Positions 1-7,990 of a stretch of DNA of 44,839 nucleotides are shown here, piece by piece. Under the pieces are notes generated by a model. It had not been told where the DNA came from. It saw only the letters and a program-made list of their open reading frames with translations, and searched no databases. Both the position numbers and the translations under genes were made by a program. Within the stretch, counting starts at the first letter, position 1; each line of letters opens with the position of its first letter. Where the stretch lies: sequence record SRR22947725_398. The stretch is one strand, 5' to 3'.

Positions 1-906
1 GGGGATAATATTAAATGCAGCCACTCCGGTTGAACGCCCCACCTCCACAAGTTCCTCAATCGACTGCTCCCCTATGGAACAACCATCAAGCCAGGTAAAG
101 GTGGGAATCGCACCACATAATAATACAAATTGATTCATTTCCGCCATATTCGGGAAAGACCCAGAGTCAGGTTTTACATACCCCACCCCACCCTGCTTCA
201 TCGTTTTTGCTCGAATTAAATCAGTAATCGGTCGCCCTTCTGGTAATTCTTTGATGTCCGCTGGTGCCACCCCCAGTTTTTCACTCCAAAATTTTCTTAA
301 ATCCTCCTCCACTGGATACATCGCTGCTGCCTTTCGGGCGTACGCCACACAGAGATGCCGTTCCGTTGCATTACCATTGGGAGTAAGGGGAAGTACATCC
401 TTATTATAATCTAAAAGTAAGGGGGAAAGAAATTCATTTACCCGGGCCACCATGGCCAAATTACGCTCCGCCGAAGTGGATCGCATAGTATCGAGAAAAA
501 TCTGTGCCTCCTGTGGAATACGGGTCGTAGTAAAACCAGTACCCATGTGATAACTGATTCCAGGTTCGCCCGGAGAATTAATTTCCCGGTCTGCAAACTC
601 GGGTACAAAGACACGGGATTCAATTCCAATACATGCTTTTAAATCAAGTAATCGACTGGCACTCCAAAACTCTTCCAAGCCATCGAGCACATCAAAGTCA
701 ACAATTCCCCCCATCTCCAAGCCTTCCCTCTTCGCTTCCACTGCGAATCGAGTGGGAGAATATCCTTTGTAATTAAATGAATAAAAGGTATGGGCATGGG
801 CATTCACAATCGGACGAATGCTTGGAAAAGTTTCCTCTCTGGCAATCTGAGCCAGTGAATCTTGTCGCGTTGAAGAATTGAAATCGTTTAAGGAATCCTG
901 AATCAT
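1..906 (-). CDS. PHP-like (polymerase/histidinol phosphatase fold) protein, truncated by the window edge
   Basis: Not in the ORF track because no stop lies inside the window. Manual translation from ATG 906 is open to base 1: MIQDSLNDF...VNAHAHTFYSF...GIVDFDVLDG...IGIESR...NSPGEPGISYHMG...TPNGNATERH...AAFNIIP. The HxHT motif and the G(I/V)E strand are PHP-like. Confidence 0.75.
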   Translation of the reverse strand, partial: MIQDSLNDFNSSTRQDSLAQIAREETFPSIRPIVNAHAHTFYSFNYKGYSPTRFAVEAKREGLEMGGIVDFDVLDGLEEFWSASRLLDLKACIGIESRVFVPEFADREINSPGEPGISYHMGTGFTTTRIPQEAQIFLDTMRSTSAERNLAMVARVNEFLSPLLLDYNKDVLPLTPNGNATERHLCVAYARKAAAMYPVEEDLRKFWSEKLGVAPADIKELPEGRPITDLIRAKTMKQGGVGYVKPDSGSFPNMAEMNQFVLLCGAIPTFTWLDGCSIGEQSIEELVEVGRSTGVAAFNIIP

Positions 907-932
907 TAATGAGTGAGAGTTAGGTTATAAAA

Positions 933-1970
933 TTAGTTTTTGTCTTCTCCGATTCCGAATTGGTCAGCCAATGCAAGGCATTCCTCGAGAGAACGTAATC
1001 CATCGGTACAGGTCGGGTTGGACATACAGGCAGTAGCGGCACAGGTTCCGGTGAGCAAACACTTTTCTAAAGGCCAGTCCTCGTGGATACCAAGCAATAC
1101 ACCCGAACAAAAAGCATCCCCTGCTCCCGCAGCCCCTTTAATGTAGTCCTTGGGTAAAGATAAAGAGCCCTGACGAAGTTTTTCACCGGAGCTTTTTGCC
1201 CCATAAGAACCTTCCGGGAAATGAATTGCCACCAGATCAGACACCCCCAATTCGAAAAGTTTTTGACTCGCTTCCTCAATTCCATCTTCCAGTAATTGAC
1301 CATCCTTGCGTACTGCCACGCCGGTTACTTTACTGGCTTCGATTTCATTAAGTATGCAATAATCAACCTGCTTTAATGCCGGTCCAATAATTTTGGAAAA
1401 GCGCTCGCTGTCCTCGCTCACCACATCGATGCTGGTTTTAAAGCCAGCCGTCCGGGCTTTGGCGAGTAAAGCAGCACCCACAGTTCCATGCTCCGAGTCT
1501 TCCGCATCAATTGCATCCAATAAGAGCAGGTAACCGAGATGAAAAATTTTCGCATTACTCCCTGCGAAATCAATATCGTCTCCCGCCCAGGTTGCGTTGG
1601 CTCCACGATTGTGAAAAAAAGTTCTTCTTCCCCCTTCAATTTCGGTCATCACATCGGTGTAAGAAGTTGATGTTCCCGGAGACACTGAAATAAATGCGGG
1701 ATCAATCCCATTTGATCGACAATCCTCTAGAATATATTCCCCCAGTCGGTCCTGTCCCACTAGGCCGGCACCCACCAGTGGAAAACCCGCACCCATCTTC
1801 GCCAAGTCAAGCAACACATTATAAGGGGAACCACCCGTTCCTTGAGACTGATCAAAAATATTCGCAAGTTGTTCATGCTTGGGGTAGACATCAATCATTT
1901 TGACTTGGTCTATAATCCAGTTTCCGCCAGCAAGGAGGCCACTACGGTTATTGGTGATATCTTGATTCAT
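933..1970 (-). CDS. PfkB/ribokinase-family carbohydrate kinase
   Basis: N-terminal GTGGSPYNV...LAKMG...GLVGQDRLG signature, NEIEA motif and C-terminal GAGDAFCSG anion hole. Confidence 0.9.
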   Translation of the reverse strand: MNQDITNNRSGLLAGGNWIIDQVKMIDVYPKHEQLANIFDQSQGTGGSPYNVLLDLAKMGAGFPLVGAGLVGQDRLGEYILEDCRSNGIDPAFISVSPGTSTSYTDVMTEIEGGRRTFFHNRGANATWAGDDIDFAGSNAKIFHLGYLLLLDAIDAEDSEHGTVGAALLAKARTAGFKTSIDVVSEDSERFSKIIGPALKQVDYCILNEIEASKVTGVAVRKDGQLLEDGIEEASQKLFELGVSDLVAIHFPEGSYGAKSSGEKLRQGSLSLPKDYIKGAAGAGDAFCSGVLLGIHEDWPLEKCLLTGTCAATACMSNPTCTDGLRSLEECLALADQFGIGEDKN

Positions 1971-2175
1971 CGTAATTTCAACAGGTTAGGAGTTTAAAAA
2001 GAAAGTGAAAAAATTGGGGTTTGTCTTTACAGGTCAAAGAAAACAAAGTTGAAAGCATACGAATACTCCGTTCCTCTCAATCCTAAAATTAAATAAAATG
2101 TATCGGGCAATACCTTGGTCAGAAGATCAACTAAATACCCTAGATTCTACTTTTAACTAAATTAATAAACAGTCT

Positions 2176-2661
2176 ATGAGAATTTTTCTTTTATTAAATA
2201 TGTTTTGGGCAGTGCTTTGTTATAGCAAGGTTACGCTTGAAGAAATCCCCAGACTTAATACTGCGACCGCATTAAAAATCCTTGCATCCTGTCATCAAGA
2301 ATCAATCAACCAAAAAGTCGAAGTGGCCATTATGGTCGTGGGAATAGATGGTCGCATACTGGCCAGTTCTAAAAGTGAAAAAATGGATCCGGGCCTGTAC
2401 GATTTCGCAAAATTTAAAGCACAAACATCCTGCTTTAAAGGAGTAGCGACTGAGGAGTTAGAAGCCCGAAATGGCGAAAATCTTGAAATTATCGATATTG
2501 GTAGCCTGAAAGTAATTCGGGGAGTAAAAGGGGGAATCCCTTTGTATTATAATGGCAAACTGGTCGGGGCTATTGGGGTGAGCGGTGCAAATCCGGATAT
2601 TGATAAGATTATAGCGATTAAGGGAATTGAAAAGATCGAGGAACTCAGCGACAAAAAATAA
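2176..2661 (+). CDS. GlcG/HbpS-family heme-binding protein with a likely signal peptide
   Basis: VAIMVVGIDG...AKFKAQTS and GGIPLYYNGKLVGAIGVSGA...D motifs; hydrophobic N-terminus. Confidence 0.8.
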   Translation: MRIFLLLNMFWAVLCYSKVTLEEIPRLNTATALKILASCHQESINQKVEVAIMVVGIDGRILASSKSEKMDPGLYDFAKFKAQTSCFKGVATEELEARNGENLEIIDIGSLKVIRGVKGGIPLYYNGKLVGAIGVSGANPDIDKIIAIKGIEKIEELSDKK

Positions 2662-2702
2662 AACTTTTTATTTTGTACTAAAAAGGACAGCAAAAAGTTT
2701 CC

Positions 2703-4196
2703 CTAAGCCTTCTCGTCGATCTTCTTCTCAATCGCTTCGATTACCACATCCATAGATTTGATCCGGGCATAGCGCTTACAATTACCCTCGATAATCGTCC
2801 ACGGGGCAAAGGGGGTATGAGTACGCAGAAACATTTCCTCGGCCGCTTCTTCATACAAATCCCACTTTTCCCGATTTCGCCAGTCCTCCTCGTGTAATTT
2901 CCATAATTTGGCGGGGTTTTCCTTGCGTGCTTCAAAGCGTTTTAATTGTTCGTCTTTATCGATATGAACCCAGAATTTCACCAAAGCGGTTCCATAATTA
3001 TGAAAGTTCTCCTCCATTTCATTAATTTCACGATAAGCCTGTTTCCAGTCATTCTCACCACAAAAACCTTCCACCCGTTCAACCAACACACGACCATACC
3101 AGGAACGGTCAAAAATAGTTAAATGACCGGCCTTAGGAAACTCCGTCCAAAAACGCCATAAATAATGGTGTACTTTTTCCACATCATTAGGAGCGGATAT
3201 GGGAATCACCTCATAACCCCGCGGATCCATTTCTTCAGTTAAACGGCGAATATTTCCGCCTTTTCCCGCAGCATCCCAACCTTCATAGACAATGACCATG
3301 GGGATGCGCAACCGATAGAGTTCATTATGGAGTTCATGAATTTTTTTCTGCCGGGTAATTAATTTTTTTCGGTACTCGTCTTTGCCCAAGGATAAAGAAG
3401 TGTCCACCTTGCGCAAGGAAGGGGCAGTCTTACAAGTGGGTAACTTGGCCGGAATATTGCGGTTAAACTTGATTCCGCCTTTTCGTTTATCGACTTTATT
3501 CCTCAGTAAATCGACCAGGATTTGTAGAGTCTTAACCGTAGCGGGAAGAAATTTTGTGGTGTCAATCTCTTGCCAATGGGCACCGTCCACCACGTCGGTC
3601 TCCTTAAACATTTCCTTACTCGCTGCCTTATACTCGTCGTATTTATAATGCCTCGCGAGAACGCCATCATCAACCCGCCAGGAAGTGTTTGGATTTTCAC
3701 GAAGGGCCTGTAATCGATGAGACTGTTCTTTTTTTGAAATATCGAGAAAGAATTTAAAGATCACGGTTCCACTATCCCGTAATTGTCGTTCAAACGAACG
3801 AATATCCGTGTAGGCTTTTTCTAAATCCTGTTCATTTAAATTCCCATCCACTACCTCATCGAGTAAGTTCCGGTACCAACTCCGGTCGAAGATGGCCATT
3901 TTCTCGGCAGATGGAGTACGTCTCCAGAAGCGCCAAAGAAAAGGACGTAACTGCTCATCCATACTCGGCGAGGTGATACAGGTGACCTTAAAGCCTCGTG
4001 GATCTAGCGGTTGGATAATCTTATTAATCATCGAGCCTTTCCCCGCGGCACTCCATCCCTCCACCACGATCAGTACAGGAATCCCAAGTTCCCGACACTT
4101 TCGTTGCAGATAGCCGAGTTCTTCGCCTAATTCCTCGATTTTACGCCTGAGGGCTTTTTTCGGTTTTTCCGTTTCCTCCACCAATTGTGCTGTCAT
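2703..4196 (-). CDS. pap: Polyphosphate:AMP phosphotransferase (two-domain PPK2)
   Basis: Two tandem PPK2 domains (EGWSAAGKG...LDPRG...FDRSWY and EGWDAAGKGG...MDPRG...FDRSWYGRVLVERVEG); 497 aa. Confidence 0.9.
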   Translation of the reverse strand: MTAQLVEETEKPKKALRRKIEELGEELGYLQRKCRELGIPVLIVVEGWSAAGKGSMINKIIQPLDPRGFKVTCITSPSMDEQLRPFLWRFWRRTPSAEKMAIFDRSWYRNLLDEVVDGNLNEQDLEKAYTDIRSFERQLRDSGTVIFKFFLDISKKEQSHRLQALRENPNTSWRVDDGVLARHYKYDEYKAASKEMFKETDVVDGAHWQEIDTTKFLPATVKTLQILVDLLRNKVDKRKGGIKFNRNIPAKLPTCKTAPSLRKVDTSLSLGKDEYRKKLITRQKKIHELHNELYRLRIPMVIVYEGWDAAGKGGNIRRLTEEMDPRGYEVIPISAPNDVEKVHHYLWRFWTEFPKAGHLTIFDRSWYGRVLVERVEGFCGENDWKQAYREINEMEENFHNYGTALVKFWVHIDKDEQLKRFEARKENPAKLWKLHEEDWRNREKWDLYEEAAEEMFLRTHTPFAPWTIIEGNCKRYARIKSMDVVIEAIEKKIDEKA

Positions 4197-4268
4197 AGGT
4201 TTCCACTCTTTTTTTGATCGATTACAAAGTAAATAAATTTATCGGCTTTTGTAACTACCTTCAAAAAG

Positions 4269-4290
4269 GAGTGACGATGAACTGTCACTC
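4269..4290. promoter_or_regulatory. Perfect 7-bp inverted repeat upstream of pap (possible operator or hairpin)
   Basis: GAGTGAC-gatgaact-GTCACTC. Confidence 0.3.
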
Positions 4291-4300
4291 AAAATCGCAC

Positions 4301-4331
4301 AAAAAAACCTCGTTCGAATACACGAACGAGG
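4301..4331 (-). terminator. Rho-independent terminator of the beta-barrel gene
   Basis: 9-bp stem CCTCGTTCG/CGAACGAGG with a 6-nt loop, followed on the minus strand by 7 T; starts ~27 nt after the stop at 4358. Confidence 0.85.
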
Positions 4332-4357
4332 CATTTTGTGAAATTTTACTTAAAGTT

Positions 4358-5446
4358 TTAGAAAGTTAACAAGCCTTCGACATAAAACTCGTCGTAGTCA
4401 CCAACATTCAAACTATCAACGCTTGTTGTGCTATATTCGAAATTAAGACCAAAATTTTCGGTAAGTGAGAATAGCAATGCAAATGAAAATCGATCTGCTT
4501 CATTGCTTACCGACATAGCTTCGTAGTCTTCATGTGAGTAACGGAATGAAGCACTCATCCAACTAACAAACTGATAATTAGCATGAAACATCATGCTCCA
4601 GTATTCATCAGAAAGGATGTCCATATTATCAAACTCAAATGCAAGAGTAAGGTCACCTGGTTGATAGGCAATCCAACCATTCAATTGGGAGATGTTGTCA
4701 CTGGATCCACTTTGATCATCAAATTGTTCTTGCGCATACCCCAAACGAGCCTCTAATCCAGGTATAATCATCAAAGATGCTGCGATATCAATAGCAATAT
4801 TATCCCCATTAAAATCATCATTTTTCCAATATCCGTCGTGGAGTCCCAGACTTACTCCAAATTTACCGTTATTAAAATTAGCCCGTACACCATCTTTGTA
4901 ATTCCTACGAGTTTGTGTTGGACCTCTAGCTTTCAAGTTAATATGGGCAGTGCTTGCAAGCCTATCAGCTAGCCAATAAGCATTCGAAACTGATTGAAGA
5001 CCGGGTTGTTCATCTGATTCATAACCCAAAGCGGTAAGTTGTCGTCCAAAAGAAATATTGAAGTCACGGTTCAAACTGTAACGAGCAAAAGCTTGCTCCA
5101 ATTCAATATCAACTTTGTCCAACGCAATATGAACCTCTCCTGTAATCGGAGAGAAATCAAAAAGGAAATCGATGTCTGCTTTAGTATTAAAAGCTTCAGT
5201 TTGGGAACCTGAATTAGGGGTAGAGTTTGGATCTTCATCATCATACTTAAATTGAAAATCTACAAACCCTCGCATCACCACTCGATTGCCTAAAGCGATA
5301 CCAGCAGCTCCACTCGTGGTATTTGCCCCCAAGGTTGTCCCCTGAGAAGCAGAAGATTGTTGCATGGTAACCATACCAGGCATTTGCGCGGACAATAATG
5401 CTCCTGAAAAAAGCAGAGCAGTTAGTGAAGAAATTATCAGTTTCAT
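4358..5446 (-). CDS. Outer-membrane beta-barrel (porin-like) protein
   Basis: Signal peptide, alternating amphipathic strands, LEQAFARY...FGRQLTALGYE motif typical of putative porins, C-terminal Phe. Confidence 0.75.
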   Translation of the reverse strand: MKLIISSLTALLFSGALLSAQMPGMVTMQQSSASQGTTLGANTTSGAAGIALGNRVVMRGFVDFQFKYDDEDPNSTPNSGSQTEAFNTKADIDFLFDFSPITGEVHIALDKVDIELEQAFARYSLNRDFNISFGRQLTALGYESDEQPGLQSVSNAYWLADRLASTAHINLKARGPTQTRRNYKDGVRANFNNGKFGVSLGLHDGYWKNDDFNGDNIAIDIAASLMIIPGLEARLGYAQEQFDDQSGSSDNISQLNGWIAYQPGDLTLAFEFDNMDILSDEYWSMMFHANYQFVSWMSASFRYSHEDYEAMSVSNEADRFSFALLFSLTENFGLNFEYSTTSVDSLNVGDYDEFYVEGLLTF

Positions 5447-5591
5447 ATAATAGATTGTTTAGATTGGGCAGAACTTAAAATCTACAAAAGTGGTATTTGG
5501 GTCAAGCCCGAATTAATTATTCTAATTTCAGACGATAATAAAACTGATTATCAACAAAATTATACCATTTCCTTCTTGCACTCTTTAGTAA

Positions 5592-6419
5592 TTACTTTGA
5601 AAAAACTTGCTTTTCCAACTTCTCGAGCCGGGATTTTAAATTTCCGGACAGTGCTTTTCTTTCACCCTCATTATCAATCGGACCATCGAAGAGAACTTTT
5701 CCATAAGGGTCAGTAGCACGGAGCGATTTTTGACCATTTTTTTCAGTCCATTCTAATGTCCCCTCTTCATCGGTGATCATGACCTGACTCTGGCTGGTCT
5801 GCTTGCAAAAGGATTCAATATTTGCCTTCGGGTGCAGGGGGTCATCTTCCGATTGTTTTGGGGGTAGTATTTTTTTATGCCTTCCTCTATTTTGATTAAA
5901 ATGTAGAAAGGGTATTAAATCCTCAAGGTTTTGAGGATTATGTAAAAAAGGATCTTTTTCAAAAGAATCCATTCCAAAAGGGTCGTAATGTGGGAAACGA
6001 TCATACAAACTGGGATTTTGGAACGGATCTTCTTGGGTAAGGTTGGATTTTCCCAGTTTTACGGTAATCTTTTGTTTTTTACCCTGTCTTAATAAAGTGA
6101 AGATTACTTCATCCGTTGGCATTTTGGAACGGACCAAATATTTGAGCTGTTCCTGATTTACCAAAATTTGATCATTCATCTGAAGGAGCAAATCAAATTT
6201 TTGAATACCCGCTTTTTCAGCCGGGCTGTTTTTTGCAACCAATTCCACATTTAGGTAAAGGTTTTCTGTAAGTTTAAGTTGATGGCTTACATTCGGATTT
6301 ACTTTAGTTGCATAAATTCCGAGGTAAGCAGTCGTACGAGAATCGGAATCCTTATTTTTTGCAACCAGAGACAGGTTGTAAAGAATGCCAATGGTAAAAA
6401 GGAAAATAGAGAATTTCAT
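5592..6419 (-). CDS. Exported PDZ-domain protein without a protease domain
   Basis: Signal peptide; AYLGI...VAKNSPAEKAGIQKFDLL...LLRQGK PDZ; C-terminal domain DEEGTLE...GKVLFDGPI. Confidence 0.85.
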   Translation of the reverse strand: MKFSIFLFTIGILYNLSLVAKNKDSDSRTTAYLGIYATKVNPNVSHQLKLTENLYLNVELVAKNSPAEKAGIQKFDLLLQMNDQILVNQEQLKYLVRSKMPTDEVIFTLLRQGKKQKITVKLGKSNLTQEDPFQNPSLYDRFPHYDPFGMDSFEKDPFLHNPQNLEDLIPFLHFNQNRGRHKKILPPKQSEDDPLHPKANIESFCKQTSQSQVMITDEEGTLEWTEKNGQKSLRATDPYGKVLFDGPIDNEGERKALSGNLKSRLEKLEKQVFSK

Positions 6420-6483
6420 GATTAGGTTATACCGGGTTAATAATAAGCAGTCTTTGGTACCTGCGGGGACGATGGAAGAGGTA

Positions 6484-7062
6484 TTAGTATAACTCCAGGT
6501 CTATCAGATACACTTCCTGCCTCGGAGTTGTGGATAAAACACGGGTCTCTGAAGCTGGGTGCGTCCAAAGGGTTTCGTCTATAAAATGATACCTGTATTG
6601 CCGAGCCGGTAGTCCAGTTGCACGATCCACAATTCCCTCATCTACTCGACGAATAAACTTTTCTTCCGTTTGGGGATCCAGCCATCCCACCATCGGCATT
6701 CCAGAGAAATCCTCCAATTGCTCCGAGCTAACTCCGTGTAATGGACTATCATCATCAACCATACTAAATGGTTGAACCGCAAGAGGCTCCACTTTTTTGA
6801 ATGCGATTTCATTCGAGCTCAGTTGTGATAAATAAAAGAAAAACGCGACCGCAGCGGCAATTCCTATACCCGGTATTGTCCAGGCTAAGATTTTGGTAAA
6901 AGAGGAGTTTACGATCGATTGTTCCGCCTGGTCGTTGAGATGGCACATCGCAACCGATCCTGCTTCTCCCAGTGCGTCCTCGATCTGTTTTGTAAATTCA
7001 TCGGTGGGAGGACGGGGAGAAAGCGAGGAGAGTTCCTTTTCTAATTTTTCGAAATCGTTCAT
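6484..7062 (-). CDS. Putative single-pass anti-sigma factor
   Basis: Overlaps the ECF stop (ATGA); short N-terminal LEKELSSLSPRPP domain and one TM segment (GIGIAAAVAFFFYL). Confidence 0.65.
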   Translation of the reverse strand: MNDFEKLEKELSSLSPRPPTDEFTKQIEDALGEAGSVAMCHLNDQAEQSIVNSSFTKILAWTIPGIGIAAAVAFFFYLSQLSSNEIAFKKVEPLAVQPFSMVDDDSPLHGVSSEQLEDFSGMPMVGWLDPQTEEKFIRRVDEGIVDRATGLPARQYRYHFIDETLWTHPASETRVLSTTPRQEVYLIDLELY

Positions 7063-7589
7063 CGATTTGGAGTGGTTCCGCTTTCTAATTCCTGCGGAAC
7101 GGAATCTTTTAATTTCTGCAAGGCATAGCGATAACGGGAAGCAACAGTATTTAAAGACAGATCCAAGGTGCGGCTAATTTCGTCAAATGTGAGATCTCCC
7201 CAAATTTTAAGCATTAACACCTCACTTTGTTCTTTGGGCAGTCTTTCAATCGCACGAAGGAGTGCCTGCTTTCGTTCGTCTTTTTCCAAATTTCGTTCGA
7301 AAGAGGTAGAGAGTGGAGAATCGAGAATGACTTTTTCCTCCCGAATACGACGCCTGTCAATACTGCGTGCCCAATCAATTGCCAGCCTGCGAATGGCTCG
7401 ATACACCAGGCCGGGGGAAACTTCTCCGGTGTGCCCATATAATCGCCAGATTCTAACAAATGCCTCCTGGACCAAATCTTCTGCATCATCTGGATAACGG
7501 GCTTGCTGACGAGCAAACAGAACTAATTTACCACCATGCTTGGCAAACCATTTCTTCCATATCGGTTCTGAGATATTCATTACTTTCAA
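7059..7589 (-). CDS. ECF-family RNA polymerase sigma factor
   Basis: Region 2 DAEDLVQEAFVRIW; region 4 LPKEQSEVLMLKIWGDLTFDEIS...NTVASRYRYAL. The true start may be ATG 7580. Confidence 0.92.
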   Translation of the reverse strand: MKVMNISEPIWKKWFAKHGGKLVLFARQQARYPDDAEDLVQEAFVRIWRLYGHTGEVSPGLVYRAIRRLAIDWARSIDRRRIREEKVILDSPLSTSFERNLEKDERKQALLRAIERLPKEQSEVLMLKIWGDLTFDEISRTLDLSLNTVASRYRYALQKLKDSVPQELESGTTPNR

Positions 7590-7786
7590 TAAACGAGCGA
7601 AACCAGAAAATTGATTTGTTTAATAATGTTCAAAATCATTTGTTCCACAAACTTAATCCTGTCGTTCATTCCATTGTTTGTTTTCGAATGCAAAAAATTA
7701 CTCACTTGATAATGAATGGAATTTATAAAAACTTAGTAGTAAGGATGAAGTGAGGCTTTTTATACATTTTTTAAAGTTCACGAAAA

Positions 7787-7803
7787 TTGGCATCATAGAT
7801 GCA
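7787..7803 (+). promoter_or_regulatory. Candidate sigma54 (-24/-12) promoter
   Basis: TTGGCATCATAGATGCA: GG(7789-90)-N10-GC(7801-02), close to the consensus YTGGCACG-N4-TTGCW. Confidence 0.55.
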
Positions 7804-7813
7804 ATACTATTTT

Positions 7814-7886
7814 TTAAAGGGCAGGATAACCGTTACGGTTAACAAAAATTAATGTGCGACTCTGGGCGGGGTCGCACATTTTTTTT
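7814..7886 (+). ncRNA. Candidate ~73-nt small RNA or attenuated leader
   Basis: Bounded by a sigma54-like promoter and a strong terminator, has no ORF, and contains the palindrome TAACCGTTACGGTTA. Confidence 0.45.
7851..7886 (+). terminator. Rho-independent terminator not associated with any CDS 3' end
   Basis: Stem AATGTGCGAC/GTCGCACATT (extendable by C-G and U-G pairs) running into an 8-T tract at 7879-7886. Confidence 0.8.
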
Positions 7887-7990
7887 GTTCACAAAAATAA
7901 TTTGATCCATCTTGGTTTAAGGAACGAGTAAACTTGTCTTTAAAATGGGGCTGCGGTATGCCTAGATTATTTGTATTAACCCAATAATAT

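Noticed and set aside
438-629. 63-aa minus-strand ORF
   Set aside because: Out-of-frame shadow inside the longer PHP-like gene at 1..906.
2661-2700. AT-rich inverted repeat AAACTTTTT...AAAAAGTTT between convergent genes
   Set aside because: Almost no GC pairs and a long loop; too weak to call a terminator.
7460-7753. 97-aa plus-strand ORF that could explain the 7851 terminator
   Set aside because: Overlaps the ECF gene antisense, has no recognisable motif, and runs through AT-rich intergenic sequence.
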